Of a DNA stretch of 64,000 bases, positions 26,304 to 38,500 are shown one piece after another. The translations under genes and the position numbers were made by a program. The notes under the pieces are model-generated. The model saw only the letters and a program-made list of their open reading frames with translations. It searched no databases and was not told the DNA's origin. The stretch is from Balanoglossus misakiensis (lineage: Eukaryota > Animalia > Hemichordata). The stretch is taken from contig CM082591.2 of assembly GCA_040954595.2 (NCBI GenBank), positions 4,201,957 through 4,265,956 on the forward strand, read 5' to 3'. How positions within the stretch are numbered: the stretch's first letter is position 1; each line of letters starts with the position of its first letter.

Positions 26304-26586
26304 CTGAAATGAAGACAAGAAGAAACCAAAATCAGATTTTTAACCAGTTTGATTTCTTAGCTGTAATAAAATTTGATGATGCTTTTAGAGGACAGGGAAA
26401 TAGTCATGAGTGCTTTTGTTGTACAGACCAAGTTTTGTCCTGAAAATACACCAAACTGACCCAGAAGAAATGACACTGTTTACAAATCTGTGTCGATCAT
26501 CAACAAAATGGCAGCCATGTTGTTGGCACAATGCAAAAATCGATTTCATTTGCAGACTTACAAAAAAGATGATGGTTCGGCCGTTT

Positions 26587-29500
26587 CTACTTTTCCACTT
26601 TCTTCAGTTGAGCACGGAGATCCACTTTATCCTAATGGGAGGAAGACCATTTTCAAAAAGCATGCACATTAATTTCCAAGACAACAAAATCATGCTACCA
26701 GGGTGTGGGTCTCTGGGCCATGTTTCACATCACAATTTTTTTTTGCTCAAATAAATTTTTTTTGCAGAATTATGAAATACTTATTCATATTGTGAAGGTG
26801 TGAACAATTATTTCTGGTGTGTGGGGTTTCTTGTCAGGGCAATAAATATAAATATCTGGGATGGAGATGATTGTTGGAGTATGGAGAAGGTTCTGGAAAA
26901 TGGTGCAATTATACAATCCAGTTCGACAGATGATTATTGATCAAGTAGGCAAAAGAAAATTGGATTGAACGGAGATGTTTTTAATTCTAGTTATTGTCAA
27001 AGCTAAAATTTCTTCTTTTGTATGCGACAAATATCTTTAATTTTCATTTGACCTTTGAGGATGTATTAGTAATGAAAATACTCAACATTTTTAGGTCTCA
27101 TTTTCTTTCATTTTGCAATGTATTCAAACTGTGCTAATCTAGACACTTTGCACTTTATCAAAAGCAATGCGAAACTAAAGTCTCAAGTAAAACAAAATCA
27201 TCAGTTCATTTTTCAATCAAGGTAAAATAAGAGTTTTCAAGTTTTTCTGTTTATGAAGTTCAAGAGGAGACAAATACCAAACCAAACAAAACAAAACAAA
27301 ACAAATCAGGCAAAAAAACCATACCATTGAAATAGACATGGTATCCACTCATTGTGGTCAAACAGTGCAATCATTCCGATTGAAAAAAATTGTCATTACA
27401 AAAAAAGTGCATTGCAGGCTATCATGTTAGTACAATGCTCCAATACGCGAACAATGCAAGAAATTCCAAGAACGATGTGTCTTTCTAATGCATTGCGAGA
27501 ATCAGCCATTTTTACATACAATTCTTTTTCTTCATCCAACAAGTGGGCATTCCTTAATACTACATTCTGTTAAAATATCTCCAGTCAACATTCAAATCAT
27601 TTTCACTTTCGTGGTTTTGTTCATCACTTATGTGAAATTCAGTGCACAGGAAGACTGGAGCCCATTCTGTCTCTTTTGAACAGCTCTCAGTGGGTGGAAG
27701 GGATTGAGGTGGATTGGGGAGGAGGAGGGTAGTGAGGAAGGGGGAAAAAGCAGCGAGGATCACACTTACATCACCCTCACTTACGTCAAGACCCTCCGAA
27801 GCCGACTTTCTTTCGACGCGCTTAAGCTGTACATCGATGCCCTTCTTTTCTGCAATCTTGTCATCAAATTTATCAGTGCGCACCACTTTCTTCAGGGTAG
27901 GTTTGACACTGGAGAGGCAAGCAGAGAATATCAGACATATTTTAACCCCCACCCACCCGTGTAATCCCAACAACAGTAAGGCTTAGAATGATCTACCACA
28001 CCACTTGTTGTCCATCATGTGAAAATTGGCTGCAATGATGTGTGTTGCAAATACACAAAAATCGCGTCAAGGACACGGTGGTCCCATTGAGTGATTATAC
28101 AGACAGACACACACACACATATATATAGAGAGATCAATGGGCAAACACTGACTGACCCATAAGCTGCAAATGGCATATGTACTGTACATACACTAATTAT
28201 AACAGCTGGCCTCTTTAAAACTTAGCCAGTTATGTAATCGGACATACAGACATACATCCATACAGGCACAACGATCCCATAAGGTCCCATGGTACATACC
28301 AATGGGACCCAACAACAATCTAATATCAGACTGTCGACACAGAGATCTGATGGGACGATGAATGCCAAGATGAACTGTATAGCTCTCAAATCACAGCAAA
28401 AGAAGGCGATACAAAAGCTTGGGGTGTGTTGCACTGACCTGCGTTAACAGATCCCGTGAGGAGTACGGTGCCCAGAGTGCTAACACATCCCCAATACGAA
28501 CTCATGGACACAAACTATTTACATTTCTACGTCCAAAACTTTAACTACAGTGAGACAAAACTGTTAGGCTTTTCTCATATTTAAATCAAGTATTGAAATA
28601 CAAAATAAAGTGTTAAAATGCAAAGAAGGCGATACAAAAGCTTGGGGTGTGTTGCACTGACCTGCGTTAACAGATCCCGTGAGGAGTACGGTGCCCAGAG
28701 TGCTAACACATCCCCAATACAAACTCATGGACACAAACTATTTATATTTCTAGGTCCAAAACTTTAACTACAGTGAGACAAAACTGTTAGGCCTTTCTCA
28801 TATTTAAATCAAGTATTGAAATGCAAATTAAAGTGTTAAAATGCAAATTAAGACCGACGGGAGTGGTTCTTCTTTTCTCCAATGAAGTTCAACTTTGCTC
28901 AATGGGCAAACACTGACTGACCAATAAGCTGCCAATGGCATATGTACTGTACATACACTAAATAGAACAGCTGGCCTCTTTAAAACTTAGCCAGTTATGT
29001 AATCATTCAGGAATTTGCTGTGTTTATGTGAATAACAGGAGGGAGTTTCTGCCTAATTAAAACAACTCAATAAAGTAAATACACACCACTTTGCAAAGCA
29101 ATCTGACCAGTAGTTCTTGAGTTACTGAGTTTTGACCAAATTCACATTTTTCCAACTAATTTGCATATTTTTGGCAATGACAACTTCATTTGAACAAACT
29201 CCCATCTACAGCCCAGCCTGCATCAGCACACCAAATATCAAGGTGATACACGCAGCGGTTTTCAAGTTTTTGATGTGGACGGACATACAGACATACATCC
29301 ATCCATACATACATACATCCGTACATCCGACGCAACCGATCCCATAAGGTCCCATTGTACATACCAATGGGACCCAAAAAATGGGAGTAATGTTAACAGA
29401 GTACGATAGTTCCATCCCATACACCACATATCAAGATCTCATACATGATTGTGAATGATGATTAACTTGTAAACACAGAAACATCTGTTACTGGCAACAA

Positions 29501-32500
29501 GAATCTTGTGAGGCTAAAAGGAAACTGACGATACGATGATATGTTCAAATCAACATCAAAACACAAGCAAAGACTTACAATTTGCCTCTGGCTTCATTCA
29601 CCCTGGATTTCAAGTCTTCAATCTATGGAGTGGAAGAAAATTTTTTTTTTTAATGGAACAGATGTTTTCCCACTCAGTCATTGAAACTAAAGATGTCTTT
29701 GTGAACAGAAAGAGGCAGTCGTAAATGTTAACAAGTGGACCACAAATCTCACTTCATGTTCAAACTTATACTGCACACAACATGTATCCTAATACATTGC
29801 ATACAGATTCAGGCCAGACCACATTGAAAGAAAGTCTTATTTGTGTTATTTGTCATATTTCTGATTTAATTTAATCATAGATTATTACAAATCTCGATTC
29901 ACCATCTATACCAAGGAAAAGAGATGTGATTGACCAAGTTATTGATACTGTCCAGCCGTGTGACATATACTGAACAAACCCAACTTACTGCTAGATCATT
30001 TTTCCTTATCACCATCTGGAGATCGTACTTCTCACTCTCGAACTTGTGAAGCTTCTCGTGAAGTTTTTTGACCAGTTCTGTCAGTTCGTCTTTATCTTTG
30101 TATTCGATATCGTCGATCTGGTTCAAGTGTTCCTGAATGAACTGCTCCTTTTCTGCAGCCCGGTCCGCCGCTTCTTTCTGCAAGTTCTCCTGCGCTTTTT
30201 TCATCATTTGTTTCTAGAACCAGAAGGGGAAGATATTGTTTTTTTCGGTCACGTACCTTGGTTTTCGACCTCACAGTTTCCTGCGTTACGGGGGGTCAGG
30301 TCAGAGGTCCAAGGTCATTCACAAAGAAAACATTTTCACTAGAGAAGTCTGCCAAACCCTTGAATGTTTGCTTGTTTGTTTGTTTGTTTGCAAGAAAAGG
30401 TATACTGAGAATGGTCCATTGTAGCCGAGCGAGGAGGAACGGTCCATTGTTGTGGGAGGGGGGAGGGGAAAGGGAGGTTTCCGTTGTGAATGACTTTGCC
30501 CAACCTTCAGTCAAAAAAATTTATAAACGAGCAAAAAAAATATAAAAAAAAATAATGCGGACATTCATTGCAGCTACAAACAGGGACTCCTGCAGAAATT
30601 GTTATTACACAGGAGGAGTTAGATTTTTTTTCCGGCAAGCAAAAATATGTACACAATATGGCTGATGCTGAATATATAGTATTTTTTATAGTCTTGAAAT
30701 TTCCACACAGCGATGTGATCTAACAGCAGCAATAGGCATAAACATTTTGATATTCTGATATAAATAGAGAAATTTGAATTTTCGTTTGGGGTGAATTTCA
30801 CCTGAAAATACACGGAACAGGGAGGGAGGGAACTGGCATGCAAATTTACGTGTTAGCCAAAAAGAATTGATAAAAATGTGCAAAAATATTTGTTAGTATT
30901 CAAGAAATGGAAAAGAGTGTCAATAAAAGAAGGTATACAAATTATCCTGGGGGTTAGTTAAACTGGCGTTATAGAACATCACAAATATTAGGCTTGGAAG
31001 CTAGTTGGATGTGAAGATTTATGCAGTGCAAAACTGATTTTCGGTTTTAGATTTTAAAAAGATGCAGCATTCGTTAGAGACAAATAAAAGGATCAGCAGG
31101 CCTGGACCTCCCTCCCGTAGGTAATAAATTGCTAACAAACATACAAGGGTCAGGACAATTATAACCTCTCCTGCTAGTCTTGTTCTCAGTGAAAAAAATA
31201 TCCTCTCCCACCCCTGCAATTCAGCACCAGAGAGAATGGCACGGCCCTCCCTCATCAGAGATTTGGAAGGTACCATTCTGGAAGGGGGTGAGAGGGGATG
31301 TATATGGACCTCCTTGGCTGTGTGACTGATTAGTGAAGGTAGTGGAGGAGGGTGTTTTCTGTTCTTTTGTTTATTTATGTTTTTTTATATTTTAATATCG
31401 TTTGAGTTTTATGTCGTGTCAGTGACCGGTACACACCAACCTTAATGTCAAGCCTACGTAGAGTCGACAAACCCCCCTTTTTTTTCAAGAGGGATCCGGC
31501 AGTCGATGGAGCAGCTTCTTTCTTCTTTTTTTTCTGTGGAAGAAGAGGGAGACGTTAGGAAACAAGGGCGTCGAGCCTGTTTTGACTGCTCTACTAGGAA
31601 GAGAGGTACTATAGAGAGAAAAAGAAAAAGAACGCCACCATGAATGTGTCAAGTGTGAGGCAGGGTAGGGTGGACAGAAGTCTTGCTAGTCAGATCTTGT
31701 CCTTTGATGGCATAGCCACACGAAGTGCACCACGAGCAGCGAAGGCACAAATATCGAACATCGCAGACCTCGTCGCGCTTCCTGTGTCTATGCGGTTGAA
31801 GGATACAGCAAGGTCTGTCTCGCGAGACTACGTGGAGAAGAGATCAGTCACTGAAATTGGGAGATTTGTTTCCACCATTTGAAACCATTGAATTCTACAT
31901 TTTTAAAAGCAAAAACTGCGTGTGATGTGCAGTTTGCCGTCTCGCGAAAAAGATTTTTCGGAAATGTTTAGTAATGCGATGATTGTGAAAATCTTTGTGT
32001 AAGAATTATAATTTCTCCCATGTCAATGACTTTATAAAGGAACCTTCACCAAGATGAAAATTTCGCAAAGCTGACGCACAGAAGAATTTCAGAAGAGAAT
32101 TATCAATTCTTTGCAAGTTCAAATTTTAAAGAGCAAAATCTGAATTCAGCCACAGACATAGCTGCACCTGATTGGTCACTGTCATGGAATTTACATATAT
32201 TGAAATTAGTTTATTTACATTTATGTAAATCAGGTGTATTTACATGTATGTAAATTACTTTATGTAAATTTATGTTAATGACAAGTTCAACCAATCAGAT
32301 GCATTGAATCACACAAACTATTATTATGGCTGAATTCAAATTCCATGCGCTTGTTTGTAGTTTGCCCAGACAGAAACGGGAGTTAGGGGGGATGGCAAAT
32401 GAACGAAACGAAATGTTGGCATGTACAGTGTAATGACCACAAAAGCAGTGTGAGAGGTGTAGCTGAGAATAAAAAATAAGCTGCCTGAAGTTGAAGATGA

Positions 32501-35500
32501 ATCTAGGGATAAAAACAAAAGCTGTATGAAAAGAAAAAAAGAAAGAAAAGCGATATCAGACAAGGCAACCAGAATGAGAGGAAAAACTAAAAGAAAAAGG
32601 AGGCACCTGAAAGTTAATGCTAGAAAGTAATCCCATCTTGCAGAAAGAAAAGAAAGAGCATACCGTGAGATAGAGAGATAGAGAGAGTGTGTGAGAGAAA
32701 GAGAGAGAGAGAGAATGCTAGCTAATATCAGCATGCAAGTTCATGAGATTCTTTCAAATGCATCATGCTGTTTCAGGTAAGCCATGCATGTTGGTAATAA
32801 GTGGCCATGTTTGCAAGCGATGACAAGGTGGGCGTAAACCCTCAACCCCTCGCAATTGGTTCAACCCTTTTGTTTTCAGTGATACGGTAGAATCCATATC
32901 AAGGAAAGCAAGGGGGAGATGGGTTATTTAGCCTGAAATGCACATCCCTTTGCTGACTTGTTCCATGTTCACCCCTTCACAACCATTTTTACAATGAGTG
33001 GTTTGGCCTAAATGTTGCAAAGAGGGGGTGGACAGGGTAACAGCTAGTTCCATCTAAATCACTGGATATTAATACATAACATATGTCCATTGCATCTCAA
33101 ATTATTCCACCTGTACATGTTGCCTAAAAGCCTTTGAACAATGTTTCATATTACAAGTTCGGACTGAGCAGGCTTTACCATGTGAATATATTTTTCAGAT
33201 ATAACGAAAATCTTGCAAAGCTACGGTATACATTTAATGGAACCAGATGTAAGAACGAAACAAACCAGCATATACAAGGACTTTGGTTGCGCATAGCAAC
33301 AGGAAATCTTTTCGGTTAATCTGGCAAGTATAATATGACATGGTATGAGCACATAGAACTTACCACGAGCTAACGTGGCAGGCAGCGTGCTATGAGATGA
33401 GCAATTAGTAGTCAACACCAGGGAACTATTAATAACACACTTTTTTTCAGTACTGAATCAGTTAATATCCCATTTTTTCAGCCTTTTGCATCAATTCACA
33501 GTTATCATGACTGTTTTTAGCGAATTTGATCAAAAGTGTTAATAATAACAAAACATTTTCGGGTTAGCTGGAAACTGAATATCATTATTGCAATTTGCAT
33601 AACCTGAGACCTACTTTGCATATGAAATTGAAAAAAAAATTGCTTTGGTTATTGGTGTGTTTTGAGCTTTCTGCTGGTACAGAAAGCGAGCTGCAAATAG
33701 ACCAGCTCATATTGTCTTTAGAGGATTAATATCATGAACGATTAATGTCAAAATGCAAGTCGTTTCTGAAGGCAAATTCTACTTGACAAAGACGTTTTTT
33801 TCAGCAAGTCTAAGAAAAGGAGACAATTACCTCTTCTTCATCTTGTCTCTTACGCTCCTCTGCTTCAACTTCTTGCTCTTGACGTTCCTGAAATGCAGGT
33901 TTCCATGGAAATGTTAATATATTTATATCAGCTTGCTGTGAAATTTCTGAAGACCAAATACACTTATAGGTACATGGTGGATGGGCAGAAAGCTATGACT
34001 ATTGTGATATAAGGAAGAGCAAGGCTATCTGGCAGCCACATTGAATTGTATTGCAAAACAAACTGACATGTACATATCATCAATATTACCACAGTGCGCG
34101 GTTATTTCACATGTAAATATCACAAAACAAGGCTGCCTAGCAGCCACACTGAATTGTATTGCAAAACAAACTGACATGTGCTGCATGGAAGAAGTCTGAG
34201 GATTCACCTGTTCTTGTCTTTGCCTTTCAGCTTCCTCTTCTTGTCGTTTGCGTTCTTCTTCTTGGCGTTGACGCTCCTCCTCCTCGGCCTGATCTTGAGC
34301 AGCGGCCTCTTCCTACAACAAGGCAAAACACCATATACGGTCATGACTTGACAACCTGCCAGGCCACCCAGCCATACATGGCAATGACTTGGCAAAGGGC
34401 CAGCCACCTCGACACCATGTATGGTGATAGCTCGGCAAAGTGCCAGGTCAGAGCCACCGAATGCCAAGAATAAGTGGGGCAAGACTGGCAAACTACCAGG
34501 GCTAAGTGCCACTACTTAATGCACCAAGACTGTGCCAAAAACCCTCCAGCACACCATTTCTTGCAACCATACATGGCAGTAAGATTCAATGCCAATGGTA
34601 CACAGAGATTTCAATATCACAGCATTGCTATGCCACAGGCCATGATTGCATGACAGATTCCAAACAACATCAAACACCCGCGCAAATTTACAGGCAAAGC
34701 ACCAAGAGTTGAAGCTTCAAAGATCGGCAACTAACTGATAAAACGTATTTTAAGGAACATCTCATTGACTTAATCTCTGTAACAGTGGCAATGAAACCTC
34801 ACCATACTTTCCCAACAAATGCAAAGATTGCTGCATATACTATTGGGGGAGGGGAAACACTCCACACTTTGAAATCACAGGATGACATTCAGGGGCGTGT
34901 TATCGCACTCTTGAAAAACAAACCCAGCACACTAGTTAGATTGCACACTCTGTTCAGGGGGAAATTGCACACTGGGTAATAGGGACCATACGTCGAGGCA
35001 TATGGCACCAGTTGTTGGATTGGAGGAGGGGGTGTCACACGCCACACCGCCTACTTACGTCCACCGCCGGGGCCTCCTCTGCAGGAGGAGCCTCCTCAGC
35101 GGGGGTCTCCTCACTCGGAGCCTCCTCCGCTGGAGCCTCCTCTGCAGGAGCCTCTTCCTGAGCCTCCTCCTGATTGTTTCATTTGAGTCGGCAATGACCA
35201 CAAAGACACACACAAACAGGCCAGACATACAGAGTAATTGACAGAGATACAGAGACACAGAGTTTTTGTGTTGGGAGATGTGGACAGTAGAGTAATGGGG
35301 AGGGACAGCACAGACAAGAAATGGGAGACAGAAATAAGGAAAGAAAAGCCAGAAAAGAAAATTAAGCAAATGAACAATAACACCAGAAATGAAAAAGCAG
35401 TAAATGAAATGAAAGTACAGAAATTGAAATTAAATGCATAAATAATGTTTCAGTGCACTATATTGAAAAGAAATAGAAAAGTACAGATTACAGAAATGAA

Positions 35501-38500
35501 AAGACTAACAAATGATAAAATTATGCAAATGAACATCTATCTCCCTCTGAGTGTAATGAAGTGCTCTCTCTTGGTTGACTTGCACACTAAATGTTGCATC
35601 ATACAGGCAGAGAAACGAGACCACAGAAATTTCATCACATCATTTGGGATTGTTTTGGTGCCAAGATGCAAAAGTAGAGCATTAGAAGTTGTGAGAGTGG
35701 GCAAAGTGTACCATATTTTCCTTCAATCAAGCTCAATGCATTCAGTGGCTCCTAAAGTTGAGTAATATGTTGCCTGATCATTCACAGGTGGTACATCAAA
35801 CCTTTTTGGAGTATCACAAGTTTATTCATATGTTGTCTAGACGGGTCATCTGTTACAATGTTATGGTGTCTAGACCGGTCATTTGTTACAATGTAACCAA
35901 CTAACTTCCTGTTGTTGGCAGTTATGTTGCCAAGACTTTGTAGTCTTTACACAAAGAGAAAATTGCAACAAAGTCTGGTCTGTCTGGTGCCTAATCGTGG
36001 GTGGAGCTTAAATGAAGGCTTAGACAGAAATGAGGAATACACTACACTACAATGTGATTCCAAGAGAGAACACTTTTGGAGAATGTATGGTGTATAAATA
36101 TAAAGGGAGGAAACTGCATACACTCAGCAATGTCTTTACACGAAGCAACATCACTACACCAACACACCAATACTTCAAAACCAAACACACCTACACAAAT
36201 ATGCATACTTGATTATCACACTCAAAGATTTCACACAAAATAAAATGTTTCCCCCCTATATGAAGTGTGATAGTTCACAATGTATATGGATTGGTTGAAA
36301 CCATGTGTCCGTGTAGGTAGCTCATAGGGGTGGCAAGAGTTACACTTACAGAGGGTGCAGAAGAGAAGAGTGTTTGCATAGTGCTGGGAAATCATGAGAG
36401 ACGGAGAGGTACAATACTTGGAAATTCATTTTTACCCTTGACCTCTGACAGGGAGACGTGATGGTGTGAAGAGAAAGAAAACAGAGGAGGCAGCGCGCGT
36501 GAAAGATGACTTCTTTATTTAATTTCAAGCGTTCAGAAAGATGGCGTGATTTGATGGTGGAGAGTTGAAGATGAAGAGTGAGGAGATGGAAGGAGAGAGG
36601 AAACGGCGTATTTTTTTTTCGCTACCTCTGCTCGTCGACGCTCCTCTTCCTCGCGACGGGCTTCCTCCTGACGACGAGCCTCTTCCTCCTGACGACGAGC
36701 TGCTTCCTCCTCCTCTTGTCGTTGTTGCTCCTCCTCTTCCTGTTTGCGCCTTTCTTCCTCCTCGCGCTCTCTGCGTCGTCGCCGCCGCTCGCTATAATCC
36801 TCGACGGGCTGATTGGTTAGTCCAAACTAATTATTAGTACAAACATTCGTATGCAGAAAACAATTCTCTAGTTCACCAAAAATGAAATCTAGCCTTGCAG
36901 CAATAAATTATAATTTAAATAAATCGTAATCATAATTTCTTGATTGTCAGATCACACACGAGCATTTTTCCGATGATCATAAAAAATACTACAGAAAACC
37001 AGCCAAAATCAGACATATCCACATACGTTCTGCAACACAACAGTGACATAAGATTGGATATATACAATTGGTCATAAACAGCATGTTAATTTATGCAAGA
37101 ACATGCGATTGGCTAAAACAAGTCATGTGAGTTATACTCCTAACACTGATTGGTGAAGAGTAAGATGACAGTATCGTCCAGAAATTTCTTTTTAGAAATT
37201 TTTTTTTCATGCAGACACAAGGCAATTAGTGTTTTCTTGGTTGTATTAACTCATCTGTGGTTTGCGAACTTCATTCTTTTGCCTGCACTTGCGAAACGCG
37301 TGTCTCCTTCGAGTTGGTGTTGTCTCTGTTGTACGTTTTTCCCTAATCGTTCCAAGCGGATGTGTGTGCTTTGGGAATTCGCGTTTACTCAGATATCATG
37401 ACACATGAAAGGTGTACTTATGCAATTAACCTGCACTCAATATGAATGCCAATTCTTGACAAAGAAAAAATTTGGGAAATCAGTAAACTTGCTCTCACCT
37501 CAGGAGGGCCGTTCTCTGATGTCCTGTAAAACAAACAAAAGGGAAAAAATGGGCTTCAGAACATACACCACAGCCAAAAACTATGAGGGAAAATGCTGTC
37601 TTTACCATACCCCATGATGGCAAAACAAATGCACCTTATCTCTCAATGTAACAAACCCACTCTGGTACACCCCTTGTCAAATGCAAATAGATCTGAGTGC
37701 GCAACAGTAACACAACATTTACTTGTGTTAGTTTTCGGAAAGCCATGATAGTTTTTGAACAGTCGAGTGAAAGTTAAAGCCATGGGCAGGATTTCAGTTT
37801 TGTACTCCGAGAACAAGATATCATCTGTTGAACATTCAGGTGCCATCTTGTTTTTGGAGTATTTAACTGAAAAAAACTGCAAGCACATGATCTGCTTTTG
37901 AAGGTACAGAGCAAGAAATACAACACACAATTTTGTCCATTAGCTGAAACTTCTAGCTATTTTTTTCATCAACGGCTCTTCCTTGTTTGTCCAGTATTGA
38001 GTTCATCAACCTTATTATCAACTACATGGAGTAGAACAAGAAACAAGAAACTGTAGTTGATACATACTGCAAAAAATAGCCAAAAGTGACAGCTAATGGA
38101 TCTTTCACAAAAACCCATAAGACGATATCAACCCAGAGAAATTGACCATTTTGTTACCAAAAACCAAAGGACAGAAAATTCTGTTATTTACATTACATGT
38201 ATAAAGCCATGAAGCATGCACACAAGATGTCAACCCTGACACCAGTTACTTAAAGGCTGTGCCCCAAAGTTTCCAATGGTACATTCCATTCTATCATGGA
38301 AGACTATGGGGAAACTTGGCACTTTCATTAGGATTCAGGGGATGATGTTAGAAGAGATGAGTTAAGAGATGAATTGTAACATGGAATGGTGGACTATAAA
38401 TGCAGCTACAAACTGTCGGGTTATTAAATATTTTTTCGGCCATGCACGCACAATTCACGCTGCCGTCTCCTCTCCTCTCGCCTCCGCCGAAGGGCTTCCA

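Noticed and set aside
27560-27973. 137-aa ORF taken as the true TnI C-terminus
   Set aside because: It reads through two consensus donors, and a better TnI-like terminal exon exists at 26631-26587.
30257-30280. Possible 24-nt TnI micro-exon (ETVRSKTK)
   Set aside because: It would leave only a 43-nt intron before the next exon, and the acceptor context is weak.
37255-37342. Purine-rich minus-strand stretch resembling an extra TnI exon
   Set aside because: No convincing GT donor, and the required frame hits a stop.
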